NCBI GenBank assembly: GCA_964614525.1
Contig: CAZTPA010000005.1
Location: forward strand, 5,089 to 69,088
Source of the DNA: an uncultured Bacteroidales bacterium
Lineage (GTDB): Bacteria; Bacteroidota; Bacteroidia; Bacteroidales; UBA7960
Length of the DNA stretch: 64,000 bases
Direction of reading: 5' to 3'
In this document: positions 20,401 through 30,715 of the stretch, piece by piece
How the letters are laid out: each line of letters begins with the position of its first letter
Position numbering within the stretch: position 1 is the stretch's first letter
Position numbers and translations under genes: made by a program
Notes under the pieces: generated by a model
Seen by the model: only the letters and a program-made list of their open reading frames with translations
Told to the model about the DNA's origin: nothing
Database searches by the model: none

Positions 20401-22985
20401 GGAGTTTTTATACCAGCATAAGATCTATATGGCATATAAGGTATTGAAACCCGGTCAATACTAAAAGCACCGCCCTCTTCAAAAACTTTTGTTTCAAAAC
20501 TTGCTCTGAGGACACCCGGTGCATTTGTTGTTACCCGTATATCAGGATTAAAAGTAGCTTTGCCGCTGTTATTTAGTCTTCCTGAGAATACAGTATGGGT
20601 TTCTGCGTAGAATTTACGTGAAGGATCATCAAAAATATATGATTTGTAATCATCAAAAGTTGTCCTGGTGGATGTTAATGTAACATTTACCTCAGCCTTC
20701 AGATTCCTTGCTGTTGCGCCATGAAGCCATTCCGAAAACAGATTTATCGGCTTGATGTCATTTGCTTTTATTACATCATCATTAAAGTCTATCTTAATGC
20801 GAAGCCTGTTTGGCATTATTGATTCTATCTTCAGCCTTTTGCTAAACTCTCTGCCTCCAATTTTGAAATTTGCATTCCAGTTTCCTGTAATATCTTCTTC
20901 TTCTGTTGAAACCTTAAAATGATAAAATCCATTTAACTCTTTACTGCTAACACTTGAGTATGTCAATTGTCCATTGGGATTGTATAATTCGAAAACTACG
21001 GGATGACCTTGGGGAATACGATCTTCCAGGTCTTCAATAATTAATGTTAGAAACAGAGTATCTCCCGGTCGCCAAACGTCTCTTTCACCATAGACAAAAC
21101 CTTTTATGCCTTTCTGAACTTCTTGCCCATCTGTATTAAACATACTTAGGGATAGCGAATTGCCATCATCAAGGCGTAAATAACCTCTCTGCTCACCTTT
21201 TTTTGCAATTAATAAAAATGGTTTGCTTCTTGGATTTATTGATACTTTACCTTCGTTGTCAGTAGTAATTGATTCGATAATTTGTTGTTGAAAGTTATAC
21301 AATTCAACTTCAACTCCTGAAATAGGCTTTGTTGTGTTTAAATCAGTTATAAATGCAGTAATAGTACCATCAGAGCCTTTTTTTGTTATTATTCCAAAAT
21401 CTGAGGCTAAAAGGTTTCTTCTTATACTTTTATTATAATAATATGATTCAGTGCAGGGATCATCACGATCGCTCCAATTATAATTATAGTAGTATCTGTA
21501 ATCATCATACGAACTATAATAATCTATTTCATCAGATAAATACTGCCAGTCTTCATCGATATAAGTGAGAACTGATTTTTGAGTCGATTCAAGCTCTTCT
21601 TCGCCATTATTACAAGGGTAAACTGAATGCTCATGTTTAAAATCAATAATAATCTGGTATAAAGCGCCGGGTTCAGCCATTATAATATCACTTAAGTCAA
21701 TAGAGTATTTGTTCCATGTGTTTAGATTTGTTGATCCAGAAGATAAAAGTGAAACAGTTTTTTTTGCAACTATTCGTCCAACTCGTTTTAATTGTGAGTT
21801 GCCATCAAACTGGTTATTTTGAAAAAATTGCGCAATATTATTTTCATATACTCTAATTATTGACACATCAACAGCTGCAAGATTTACAGCTTCAAATGGG
21901 AAAAGCAAACCCGTAGAAGAAGGCATAATAACTCCTTTACCTACTAAACGTACAGCGGGTTTAATGTCTTCAAACTTAAAAGGAACCACTACTTTTTCTT
22001 TTAATCTGTTTCCGTTTATATCTTTGATTGCAGTTTCTGCAAATAAAACCTGATCGCCCGTTGGTCTTGAAGGGAAATATGCTCTAATTTCATTATTATA
22101 AATGCGGGTATGAATGTTGGATATTCCATCAGCATATACCAAACCACTTATATTTTGTTTAGAATCCAGAGGCTCTGAAAATTGCAGGGAAATTATTGGG
22201 TCGGGAGATTGAATAATTGATGTATTAATTAGGGCAAACTCCCCGACGGCGGGTAATTCGATGGTTTCAGAACCTTTTTCTTTTGTGTCGAGAGAATTTG
22301 CATTCCATGATATTGAAAAAGAAAAAGCTTCGTCTTGTCTTTGAATGTCATTGATTGTAAACTCATGAGTTCGCATTCTATCGCTGTGCTGCCATTCTGT
22401 TTTTCCATATTCAGGAAGGTCATTTAATGATAGGATTTTTTTGACGTCCTCAGGATTTGCTGCATCAGCTGTATTTATCTTGCCTTTTATTCTCAACAAT
22501 GCTTGATTGTTTGTATAATATGTTTCAAGCCTTTCCAAAATTAAATTTACGGATTGCTTCATGGTAATGAAGCCAAAAGAGAATATCTTATATTCATCAG
22601 AGACATCCAGTAGTTTTGATAAGTTAAAATCAACTGTGTATTTTGTATTGTTGGGAAGTTTTTCGTTAGATCTAAACTCAATAGTCCTGGTATCTTTCCA
22701 ATAGGCATTACCATCTATTCGCGGACGAAATCTAAACAGATCTTCTTCAATAAGTGTGTTTATCTTTGTAGAATCGACCAAATCAAATGCAAGTTGAATA
22801 ATTATGTTTTGATCAGTTGGTAAAACACCTGCTGAAAATGCAGAAATATATTTGCTGAATGCAGGGTCGGGTGGAGGAGGTAAAGAGTGTGTGCGTGTAG
22901 AACAGTTTCTGAAAGAGAATACTATTGCAATTATTACTGCCAATATGATTATGGCTGTAATGGTGAATTTCTTTTGCTTATTCAT
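17403..22985 (-). CDS. Bacterial alpha-2-macroglobulin
   Basis: 1860 aa; ERDVWRPGD (MG2), AMVDEGLL, thioester YPHGCSEQ, DIRDDRV, VEAMYD. Confidence 0.95.
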   Translation of the reverse strand: MNKQKKFTITAIIILAVIIAIVFSFRNCSTRTHSLPPPPDPAFSKYISAFSAGVLPTDQNIIIQLAFDLVDSTKINTLIEEDLFRFRPRIDGNAYWKDTRTIEFRSNEKLPNNTKYTVDFNLSKLLDVSDEYKIFSFGFITMKQSVNLILERLETYYTNNQALLRIKGKINTADAANPEDVKKILSLNDLPEYGKTEWQHSDRMRTHEFTINDIQRQDEAFSFSISWNANSLDTKEKGSETIELPAVGEFALINTSIIQSPDPIISLQFSEPLDSKQNISGLVYADGISNIHTRIYNNEIRAYFPSRPTGDQVLFAETAIKDINGNRLKEKVVVPFKFEDIKPAVRLVGKGVIMPSSTGLLFPFEAVNLAAVDVSIIRVYENNIAQFFQNNQFDGNSQLKRVGRIVAKKTVSLLSSGSTNLNTWNKYSIDLSDIIMAEPGALYQIIIDFKHEHSVYPCNNGEEELESTQKSVLTYIDEDWQYLSDEIDYYSSYDDYRYYYNYNWSDRDDPCTESYYYNKSIRRNLLASDFGIITKKGSDGTITAFITDLNTTKPISGVEVELYNFQQQIIESITTDNEGKVSINPRSKPFLLIAKKGEQRGYLRLDDGNSLSLSMFNTDGQEVQKGIKGFVYGERDVWRPGDTLFLTLIIEDLEDRIPQGHPVVFELYNPNGQLTYSSVSSKELNGFYHFKVSTEEEDITGNWNANFKIGGREFSKRLKIESIMPNRLRIKIDFNDDVIKANDIKPINLFSEWLHGATARNLKAEVNVTLTSTRTTFDDYKSYIFDDPSRKFYAETHTVFSGRLNNSGKATFNPDIRVTTNAPGVLRASFETKVFEEGGAFSIDRVSIPYMPYRSYAGIKTPEGEKYSGLLYTDSVHNIDIVNLDSEGNLIKNSKLKVDVYKLNWRWWWDSSDEYMGDFSSSSYNRPVQTQTINAIDGKASYPFQIDYPEWGRYLILVTDLKSGHRTGSTVLIDWPSWYGSKDGGRQLAANMLSFTTDKDTYQSGEEIKFSFPSSEGGRALVSLENGTGVFKTMWIESRAGNTNFSIKATADMAPNIYAHISLLQPHAQTVNDLPIRLYGVVPINVEDPNSKLNPVINMQESLSPGEMVNIHISEENGKAMTYTLAMVDEGLLDLTRFATPDPWKHFFAKEALGVKSWDMYDYVLGAFGSEFARLLSIGGDDEFEKPIAGERVTRFKPVVKYFGPYEIEKGKSNQHSFTMPQYVGSVRTMVIAGQNGAYGSSEKTVAVKQALMILGTLPRVLGPGESVKLPVNIFASDESITNVDLSISTNDLLMVQGGKTQKISISGEEDKTAYFDIKTAEKTGAAKVSITATSGNHKAEFDIELYVRNPNPEITEVVPFTIEPKQSVETQYKLFGIEGTNKATLEISSIPPLNLEKRLKFLTRYPHGCSEQIVSGAFPQLFLSNLVHLDESQQNKIKENVQSVINRINSRMISNGGIALWPGSSYADDWTSSYAGHFMLEANEKGYAIPDGFISNWRSFQKQIAKRWMPETTFMGSHLMQAYRLYTLALSGAPELGAMNRMREMPNLSNPAKWRLAAAYYLAGQTEAALNLIENVSKSIEPYNQTGYTYGSNQRDQAMIIETLTLLDKKSDAAPLVKKLSEEMASPYSYSTQTTSFALLAISKFHGEKQASSTIDFSWKVNQGKEKQEITEALIWQTDLSVSDIDKEIPLTLKNNSDNTLFGRTIVTGTPSAGEEKASQSNLTMNVSYTDTKGNPINVSKLEQGTSFIAEITIGNPGTGRDYSQLALTQIFPSGWEISNARMDASADAIQGDVPEYQDIRDDRVYTYFDLPANKSKTFRIMLIATYEGEFYLPAYNVEAMYDSSIYATSEGRWIKVIK

Positions 22986-23075
22986 CTGTGTATGTTTTAG
23001 TGGTTAATTTGCTCTTATATAATGTTTTTAGAAATGTCTTTGTTGCTTTTAATTAATATGTTATTATAAAGAAAC

Positions 23076-23128
23076 TGTTTTCCGGATAAAAAATGCTGCT
23101 AGCCGGAAAACATTGTTCTACAAATTTA
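23076..23128 (-). promoter_or_regulatory. A2M -7 box (TAAATTTG, 23121-23128) followed by a 5'-leader hairpin
   Basis: tgttttccgg (23076-23085) / ccggaaaaca (23103-23112) perfect 10-bp inverted repeat just downstream of the box. Confidence 0.5.
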
Positions 23129-23229
23129 AAAATTTGACAAAGCAAAAAATAATTTTAACGATTTTTTGTTTAATTCTATAATAATCCTTCAATTAATATA
23201 TATTTGCCTGATTGATTATATGCTTTTAT

Positions 23230-24369
23230 ATGAATAAAACAATAGCACTTTCAGTAACAAATGATACATATACAGATCAACGAGTGCATAAAATAGCTCG
23301 CAAGTTGTTCTATATGGGCTATCGCGTCATTATAATCGGAAAAAAATCAAAGCAAAAAATTGAAAGTCCAAATTACGCAAAAATTGTCAGATTTAGAATG
23401 TTATTTAAAAAATCAGCAGGGTTTTATGCTGAGTATAATTTAAAGCTTTTCTTCTATTTGCTTTTTTCAAAAATTAATATATTAACAGCCAATGACCTTG
23501 ACACTTTGCCTGCAAATTATTTGGTATCAGTGATCAGAAGAAAGAGATTAGTATATGATAGTCATGAGTTTTTTACTGAATCTCCGGAAATAGTCAATAG
23601 GAAAAGCTTGCAAAATTTCTGGAGAAAGATTGAAAAAATATGCATTAAGAGAATAGATGTGGGCATTACTGTGAGTCAACCTATTGCTGATTATTATGAA
23701 AATCAATATAATAAGAGTTTTTATGTTGTTAGAAATTTGCCGGAGAATATTTCTGTAAATCATAGAGAGATAGATTTTCCTGATTTTTTTAATCATCCCG
23801 GAATTGTTGTTTATCAGGGGAGTTTAAATATTGGAAGAGGACTTGAAATGGCCATAGATTCATTTAAGTTTATTGAAAATGCCAGGCTGATAATAATTGG
23901 TAGTGGAGATATAGAAAATGAATTAAAAGAAAGAGTAAAGGAAAAAGAATTAGAAAAGAAGGTGTTTTTTCTTGGGCGGATTTCCCCTGAAATATTGCCT
24001 GCTTATACTGCAAAAGCTAAAATAGGCCTATCTATTGAAGAAAATCTTGGTAAGAACTATGAATATGCATTGCCGAATAAACTGTTTGATTACATTCATG
24101 CCGAAGTTCCCGTTATTGTATCTGATTTGCCCGAGATGAGCAAGATTGTGTTGAAGTATGATGTTGGTAAAATTCTAAAGACATCAAATTCTAAAGACAA
24201 AAGCGTAAATTCCGCTTTAAAATCTGAGATGCTAGCATCATTAATTAATGAAATATTACTTTCTCCCGATTTGTATAATAAGTATAAACAAAATTGCCGT
24301 AATGCAGCAAACGAACTTTGCTGGGAAAAAGAATCGCTTTTAATTGAGGAGATTTATAATAAACAATAA
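23230..24369 (+). CDS. Glycosyltransferase family 4
   Basis: DQRVHK, LVYDSHEFF, YQGSLNIGRGLE, LPNKLFDYIHAEVPV; TATATTTG box at 23199-23206 favours the ATG at 23230. Confidence 0.9.
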   Translation: MNKTIALSVTNDTYTDQRVHKIARKLFYMGYRVIIIGKKSKQKIESPNYAKIVRFRMLFKKSAGFYAEYNLKLFFYLLFSKINILTANDLDTLPANYLVSVIRRKRLVYDSHEFFTESPEIVNRKSLQNFWRKIEKICIKRIDVGITVSQPIADYYENQYNKSFYVVRNLPENISVNHREIDFPDFFNHPGIVVYQGSLNIGRGLEMAIDSFKFIENARLIIIGSGDIENELKERVKEKELEKKVFFLGRISPEILPAYTAKAKIGLSIEENLGKNYEYALPNKLFDYIHAEVPVIVSDLPEMSKIVLKYDVGKILKTSNSKDKSVNSALKSEMLASLINEILLSPDLYNKYKQNCRNAANELCWEKESLLIEEIYNKQ

Positions 24370-24386
24370 TAAATTAAGAAAACTTA

Positions 24387-25094
24387 TTACATGAGTTTTG
24401 CTCTGTTAGCATAATAATCAGGATTGAGATCTATTACTTTCCCATTTTCGCATCTTAAGATCCTGGCAGGAAAACTCTCAAACAAGGTATAATCGTGAGT
24501 AGCCATTAAAACAGCACGCCCGGTTTTACTGATTTCCATCATCAGATCCATAATTCCTGAGCTGGTTTCAGGGTCAAGATTACCGGTAGGCTCGTCTGCC
24601 AGAATAATATCGGGGTCGTTAATTAATGCTCTTGCAATAACAACTCTTTGTTGCTCGCCACCTGAAAGTTGATGAGGCATTTTAAAATCTTTTGTTTGCA
24701 GGCCTACTTTATCCAATACATCTTCAATTCGCTTATTCATAGCAATTTGATCACGCCAGCCTGTAGCTTTCATAACAAAAATCAGATTTTCCCTGATATT
24801 TCTGTCGCTTAACAATTGGAAATCCTGAAATACAATACCAATTTTTCTTCTTAGAAAAGGTATTTTGCTTGTTTTCATATCATTTAAAGAATAACCGGCC
24901 ACTTTAGCACGTCCGTCAACAAGAGGAAGATCAGCATATAAAACTTTTAGGAGGCTGCTTTTACCGCTGCCTGTGCGGCCAATAAGATAGCAAAACTCAC
25001 CTCTTTCAATACTTAGTGTTACATCTGATAATATTAAGTGGTCTTTTTGGAATACAGAGATGCTGTCAAGTTCGATAATTGTATCTAATGCCAT
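24387..25094 (-). CDS. ftsE: Cell division ATP-binding protein FtsE-like ABC ATPase
   Basis: [45 protein letters not shown]. Confidence 0.85.
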   Translation of the reverse strand: MALDTIIELDSISVFQKDHLILSDVTLSIERGEFCYLIGRTGSGKSSLLKVLYADLPLVDGRAKVAGYSLNDMKTSKIPFLRRKIGIVFQDFQLLSDRNIRENLIFVMKATGWRDQIAMNKRIEDVLDKVGLQTKDFKMPHQLSGGEQQRVVIARALINDPDIILADEPTGNLDPETSSGIMDLMMEISKTGRAVLMATHDYTLFESFPARILRCENGKVIDLNPDYYANRAKLM

Positions 25095-25275
25095 TTTGAA
25101 TACCTTATTATAATGTTGATTATTATACTAAAATGTAAAATTACATTTTTATTTTATATTTTTAATAATATGAGCAGCTTGAACTTATTAATGACTATCC
25201 CTATTATTATCAAAAACAAAACGACCTCTGATGAGGCCGTTAAAAAAAAATATTTTTTAAGTATAATAAAAATCC

Positions 25276-25854
25276 CTATACCAAACCTGCAAAACCCATA
25301 AATGCCAAAGCCAGAATACCTGCTGCAACTAATGCCGCAGGAGCACCACGCATACCTTTAGGAACCTCTAAAAGTTCAAGTTGTTCTCTAATGCCGGCAA
25401 AAAGTATTATAGCCAGGGCAAAACCGATAGCATTAGCAATTGCATAAACTATTCCTTCGACAAGGCTAAAATCAAAATCAGGCCTTACTGCTAAAATTGT
25501 AACACCCAAAATTGCGCAGTTTGTTGTAATAAGAGGAAGGAAAATTCCAAGTGCCTGATATAATGGAGGACTGACTTTTTTCAATATAATTTCTACCATC
25601 TGCACAAGAGAAGCAATAACCAGAATATAGGATATTGTTTGCAGATAAGTAACATCAAAAGGTACAAGAACATAATTATAAATCAGATAAGTTACAATGG
25701 TAGCAAGAGTCATAACAAACATAACAGCTCCCGACATACCAACGGATGTGGAAATTTTTGCGGATACACCCATGTAAGGGCATATTCCTAGAAATTGTGC
25801 CAACACAATATTGTTGACGAATATAGCTCCTATTATTATAATGATATATTCCAT
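25276..25854 (-). CDS. rnfA: Rnf electron transport complex subunit A
   Basis: FLGICPYMG, LPLITTNCAILG. Confidence 0.95.
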   Translation of the reverse strand: MEYIIIIIGAIFVNNIVLAQFLGICPYMGVSAKISTSVGMSGAVMFVMTLATIVTYLIYNYVLVPFDVTYLQTISYILVIASLVQMVEIILKKVSPPLYQALGIFLPLITTNCAILGVTILAVRPDFDFSLVEGIVYAIANAIGFALAIILFAGIREQLELLEVPKGMRGAPAALVAAGILALAFMGFAGLV

Positions 25855-25864
25855 AGCTTATGTA

Positions 25865-26452
25865 TTATTCAGTTGTTTTCTTTAAAATATTATTTACTGC
25901 TATTAAATAACCCAGACCTATAAATGCTCCCGGTGCCAGAACAAATACAAGCATTCCATCTCCTTGAAATATCGTAATACCGAATATTGAACCGGATCCA
26001 AGAATTTCTCTTAGTCCACCAAGAATAGTTAAAGCAAAAGCAAAGCCTAAACCCATGCCTAAACCATCAATTATAGCATCCATAGTCGTATTTTTACTGG
26101 CAAAAGCTTCTGCACGCCCCATCACAAGGCAGTTAACCACAATAAGTGGAATAAATAATCCCAATGCCTCAAATAAACTTGGCGTGAAAGCCTCCATAAC
26201 TAAAGAAACGATAGTTACAAAAGATGCTATTATAACAATAAAAGAGGGAATTCTGACTTTGTTTGGGATTAAATCTTTAATTATAGATACAACCAAATTC
26301 GACATAAGTAGTACAAAAGTTGTTGCTAATCCCATTCCAAGTCCGTTTATGGCTGATGTTGTAACCCCTAATGCCGGGCATAAACCAAGCAGTAATATAA
26401 AAACAGGGTTTTCTTTTATAAAGCCTTTTGAAAATATTTTTAGTTTGCCCAT
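25865..26452 (-). CDS. rnfE: Rnf complex subunit E
   Basis: [34 protein letters not shown]. Confidence 0.95.
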   Translation of the reverse strand: MGKLKIFSKGFIKENPVFILLLGLCPALGVTTSAINGLGMGLATTFVLLMSNLVVSIIKDLIPNKVRIPSFIVIIASFVTIVSLVMEAFTPSLFEALGLFIPLIVVNCLVMGRAEAFASKNTTMDAIIDGLGMGLGFAFALTILGGLREILGSGSIFGITIFQGDGMLVFVLAPGAFIGLGYLIAVNNILKKTTE

Positions 26453-26455
26453 CGC

Positions 26456-27118
26456 TTATTCTCCTTGTTTTTGGGTTATAGATTCAGTATTTTCCTTTTC
26501 TTCTGCTTCACCTGCGTTATTATCTGCATTATTCTGAGATGTAATTGATTCAGCATTTTCTTTAAAGGTTTGGTAAGCTCTTTCAATTGCATCACAGTAT
26601 GCTCTTGCAGTAATAGTTGCAGCTGTAATTGCATCTACATCACCACCGTCTTTTTCTACTTTCAGGGTTTTCTTTTTGGGATCGAAATTTTTAAACTGAT
26701 CACTCCAGTCTGATTTGGATTTGTCAATTTTATCTCCTAAGCCGGGAGTTTCTGCATGCTCAAGATGCACAACATCGTAAATTGTTCCATCAGGATATAA
26801 ACCAACCATGGCTTTTATTTTGCCGCTAAAACCTGAGTTAGTAAATGTTGCAACAGCTATACCTACTAATTCATCATTTTTATATGCAAGGTTAAATTCC
26901 AGAGAATCGGTTCCGTCATAAGCTTCAAAAATCTTTGTTTTAAGAATGTCATATTCCGGAACAACCTTGCTGATAGCTTGTTGTTTTGCTGCTTCTCTGG
27001 CCTTTTCAATTGGTTCTTTAGTCAAATTATATACACTGGCAAGTGTAAAAGAAGCAACTGTTGTTACCACAAATAAAGTGATAATCATATTTATAAATGT
27101 AGATTCTCTTTTAGCCAT
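26456..27118 (-). CDS. rnfG: Rnf complex subunit G
   Basis: ETPGLG; FMN attachment motif DAITAATIT. Confidence 0.95.
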   Translation of the reverse strand: MAKRESTFINMIITLFVVTTVASFTLASVYNLTKEPIEKAREAAKQQAISKVVPEYDILKTKIFEAYDGTDSLEFNLAYKNDELVGIAVATFTNSGFSGKIKAMVGLYPDGTIYDVVHLEHAETPGLGDKIDKSKSDWSDQFKNFDPKKKTLKVEKDGGDVDAITAATITARAYCDAIERAYQTFKENAESITSQNNADNNAGEAEEKENTESITQKQGE

Positions 27119-28109
27119 TTTTTATAACCTCCCCAAACCTTTTTGGTTTTATATATTTATTAATTACCGGCACAAATGCATTCATAATTAAAATTGCAAA
27201 TGACACGCCTTCAGGATAAGCCCCGAAAATCCTAATAATCATGGTAAGTAAGCCGCAACCAATACCAAATATTATCATACCCTTGTATGACATTGGACTG
27301 GTTACCATATCTGTTGCCATATAAAGAGCTCCAAGCATCATGCCTCCTGTGATTAAATGAAATACAGGGTCAACATAAATTTCCGGATTTACCATCCATA
27401 AAATTCCGGAAAAGATAATTACACTACCCAGATATGCAACAGGGATGTGCCATGTAATAATCTTTCTGATTAACATGTAAATACCGCCAATAAGTAAGGC
27501 AATGGCAGATATTTCACCGATGGAGCCTCCCATATTTCCTAAAAACATTTGCATATATCCCGGGATATCCGACATTAGCTCTGAAACACCCTTTCCCTGG
27601 GCGATGCCTTCTTTCAATATTGCAAGTGGAGTAGGACCTGTAACTACATCAACAAGCTGAGTGCTTAATTCAGCGGGTTTTGGCCAATTGGTCATTTGCA
27701 CAGGAAATGATATCAAAAGGAAAACTCTACCTACAAGAGCAGGATTAAAAGGATTTTTTCCTAATCCGCCAAAAGTCATTTTTCCCATTCCTATTGCCAC
27801 TGCTGCACCGATTATCATCATCCATAAGGGCAGGTTGCTCGGAACATTAAAAGCCAGAAGCAATCCCGTTATGATTGCAGAGCCATCAAAAACAGTTAAA
27901 GGTCCTTTTATCAAATATTTTTGAATTAAATATTCGAAAGCCATACATGAAACAACAGCTGTCATTGTTAACAGTAATGAGGACAGTCCGAAATAGTAAA
28001 ATGAAACCAGCATAGCAGGGATAAGTGATATAATCACTCCATACATGATTTTGCTTACCGATTCGTTTGAATATACATGGGGTGAACCCGATACGGTTAA
28101 TAAACTCAT
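27111..28109 (-). CDS. rnfD: Rnf complex subunit D
   Basis: SPH, FGGLGKNPFNPALVGR, TGPTPL, MATDMVTSP. Confidence 0.95.
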   Translation of the reverse strand: MSLLTVSGSPHVYSNESVSKIMYGVIISLIPAMLVSFYYFGLSSLLLTMTAVVSCMAFEYLIQKYLIKGPLTVFDGSAIITGLLLAFNVPSNLPLWMMIIGAAVAIGMGKMTFGGLGKNPFNPALVGRVFLLISFPVQMTNWPKPAELSTQLVDVVTGPTPLAILKEGIAQGKGVSELMSDIPGYMQMFLGNMGGSIGEISAIALLIGGIYMLIRKIITWHIPVAYLGSVIIFSGILWMVNPEIYVDPVFHLITGGMMLGALYMATDMVTSPMSYKGMIIFGIGCGLLTMIIRIFGAYPEGVSFAILIMNAFVPVINKYIKPKRFGEVIKNG

Positions 28110-28150
28110 AATTATCTATTCTTAGCTTATACCTTTTCTTATTTATTTAA

Positions 28151-29482
28151 CTAATTACTTGCCCTGTTTCTCATTATCTGGCCTACTTTTGCTTTCCCAA
28201 CTCTGATATGGTCAAGCAATGGCCTTCCTGATGGACATATATACAGACATGAACCACATTCGATGCAATCCATGATTCTTTCTTCTTCACATTCTTCGTA
28301 TTTCTCTTTAGCAACTAATGCCGCAAGAAGGTAAGGTTCAAGTCCCATGCAGCAAACGCTCATGCATCTTGCACAACGAATACAATTTACTACAGGTTTT
28401 CTTGATGACTCTGCTTCTGGAAATAGCAGTATCCCGCTTGTACCTTTTGTAACCGGCGCATCTATATTATTTAATGCTTTTCCCATCATTGGGCCGCCGT
28501 TTACAACTTTGCCGGTATTTTTAGCTAAACCACCTGCTGCTTCAATTAATTCTGAGATGGGAGTTCCAATCCTTACAAGAAAATTAGAAGGCTTGGCAAC
28601 ATTATGGCCGGTAACAGTTACTACCCGCTCAATTAATGGCTTGTTTTTTTGAACAGCTTCGTAAACAGCCAAAGCAGTTCCTACATTATGTACCACACAA
28701 CCCACTTCAATAGGAAGTTTGCCGGAAGGAACTTCTCTGTTTACCAGAGCTTTGATTAGTTGCTTTTCACCACCTTGTGGATATTTGATCTTCAAAGGTT
28801 CTACTGTGATACCATGAAAATCTTTTGCCAAAGCACTTAGGTGTTTTATTGCATCGGGTTTGTTGTTTTCAATGCCTATTATTGCTTTTCCAACTCCTAA
28901 TGCTTTCATTTGAAAAGATATCCCAAGAAGCATTTCCTCTGCTCTTTCCAACATAACTCTATGGTCTGAGGTAAGATAAGGCTCGCATTCAACTCCGTTT
29001 ATTATAAGATAATCAACAGTTTTGCCCTTAGGAACCATTAATTTAACATGACTGGGGAATGTTGCCCCACCCATTCCTACTATACCTTTTTCCTGAACTT
29101 TTTTTGTGATTTCTTCTGTAGTGAGAGAACATTCTTTTTTTATATCAGGACTTGTATCAATATCGTTATCCCACTCATCATCGGTGGTTTCTATGATTAT
29201 TGCTTTTCTCCTATAACCACTTGTATCAATGATGTCGTCAATTTTCGTCACAGTTCCTGTTACCGAAGAATGAATGTTTGCAGAAATAAAGGATTCCCCT
29301 TTGGCAATAAGCTGACCGGTTTTAACTTTATCACCCTTGTCGACGGTGGGAACTGCAGGCGCACCCAAATGCTGTGATAATGGTATATAGACAGTTTTTG
29401 GAATTTTTAATACCTCTATTGGGGTATCTTTTGATAATTTGTTTTCCGGGGGATGAATCCCGCCCATTGAAAATGTTTTCAA
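28151..29482 (-). CDS. rnfC: Rnf complex subunit C
   Basis: GGIHPPENK, GMGGATFP, NGVECEPYLT, two 4Fe-4S motifs; TTG start. Confidence 0.95.
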   Translation of the reverse strand: MKTFSMGGIHPPENKLSKDTPIEVLKIPKTVYIPLSQHLGAPAVPTVDKGDKVKTGQLIAKGESFISANIHSSVTGTVTKIDDIIDTSGYRRKAIIIETTDDEWDNDIDTSPDIKKECSLTTEEITKKVQEKGIVGMGGATFPSHVKLMVPKGKTVDYLIINGVECEPYLTSDHRVMLERAEEMLLGISFQMKALGVGKAIIGIENNKPDAIKHLSALAKDFHGITVEPLKIKYPQGGEKQLIKALVNREVPSGKLPIEVGCVVHNVGTALAVYEAVQKNKPLIERVVTVTGHNVAKPSNFLVRIGTPISELIEAAGGLAKNTGKVVNGGPMMGKALNNIDAPVTKGTSGILLFPEAESSRKPVVNCIRCARCMSVCCMGLEPYLLAALVAKEKYEECEEERIMDCIECGSCLYICPSGRPLLDHIRVGKAKVGQIMRNRASN

Positions 29483-29524
29483 AACTTTTATTTTTTTTGA
29501 TTTGAAACAAAAAACATTATATAA

Positions 29525-30385
29525 TTATGCTTCAGCTTTAGTATTCTCCTCTTTTTTTTCTTTGCGAGGAGGTAAGTTTATTTCAAGAATTGCTCCCGTA
29601 GGACATACAGGCGGACACTTACGGCATAATGTACATTTATTGTAATCAATGTAAGCTAAGTTATTCTCCAGGGTAATGGCATCAAACTTACATTCTTTAA
29701 CACATTTGCCGCAACCAATACATGCAACTTTGCAATTTTTTCTTGCTACTCCGCCTTTTTCTTCATTTATACATGAAACAAAAATCCTGCGGTCTTTTTT
29801 TCCCTTTTTGCGCATTTCAATAATATTCCTAGGGCATGCTTTTACACAAGCTTCGCAAGCAACACATTTGTCGTCAAGGATAACAGGCAAACCTGTTTTG
29901 CTATCCATATACATAGCATCAAAATTACATGCTTCAACACAGTCGCCACATCCTAAACAACCATAAGGACATCCACCCTCGCCGGAGAATAGGCTATGGG
30001 CAAACTGACATGTGTTTGCACCTTCAAATTTTACCTTTGGTGGTGAATTTTCTCTGCTTCCATTACATCGCAATACTGCAATCATGGGTACTGACTCTTG
30101 TGCTTCGAGATTTAAAGCTTTTGCGATTTGCTGCATTACCTCATCACCGCCGGGTGGGCAACTGAAGCCCTCAAGGCTTTCTTCCTTTACTATTGCCTCT
30201 GCCAATGCCCTGCAACCGGCAAGACCACAGCCTCCACAATTTGCTCCCGGTAGTATTTCTTCTACCTGATCAATGCGGGGATCTTCAATGACTTTGAATT
30301 TTTGAGCTATAAAATATAAAATTACAGCAGCTATGACTCCTAAAGAGCCTATTGAAATTACGGATATAAGTGTGATTTCGTTCAC
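29525..30385 (-). CDS. rnfB: Rnf complex subunit B
   Basis: [12 protein letters not shown] and several CxxCxxCxxxC ferredoxin motifs; GTG start; TAATTTTG box at 30448-30455. Confidence 0.95.
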   Translation of the reverse strand: MNEITLISVISIGSLGVIAAVILYFIAQKFKVIEDPRIDQVEEILPGANCGGCGLAGCRALAEAIVKEESLEGFSCPPGGDEVMQQIAKALNLEAQESVPMIAVLRCNGSRENSPPKVKFEGANTCQFAHSLFSGEGGCPYGCLGCGDCVEACNFDAMYMDSKTGLPVILDDKCVACEACVKACPRNIIEMRKKGKKDRRIFVSCINEEKGGVARKNCKVACIGCGKCVKECKFDAITLENNLAYIDYNKCTLCRKCPPVCPTGAILEINLPPRKEKKEENTKAEA

Positions 30386-30715
30386 TTTATGTTTGGATTT
30401 GTGAGTGAATGAAAATATTTAATTGCATTATTGTTTTAATAATGTGGCAAAATTAGAAAACTAAATGAAAATTTCATTGTTTAGAATACTTTTTTGATAC
30501 CTAAATTTGTATTATATGAATACATTTTAATAGCCAATGCATTGACACATGAGGCGTATGTGGTTGCAAACAAGCTAAATATAACCTTATTTAGAATTAA
30601 TATAAATTTTGTTTTTAGCTCAAGATGCTTAAATGATTTCTCTTTTAATTTTTACAGCTGATAAAAGCTTATTAATTTTATGCAAATTATATAAATTCAT
30701 TATTATTTAATTACT

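Noticed and set aside
24387-25094. ftsE without adjacent ftsX as an anomaly
   Set aside because: Separation of ftsE and ftsX is common in Bacteroidota
30399-30416. Rex operator upstream of rnfB (ttgtga...)
   Set aside because: Only the left half-site matches; no TCACAA right half
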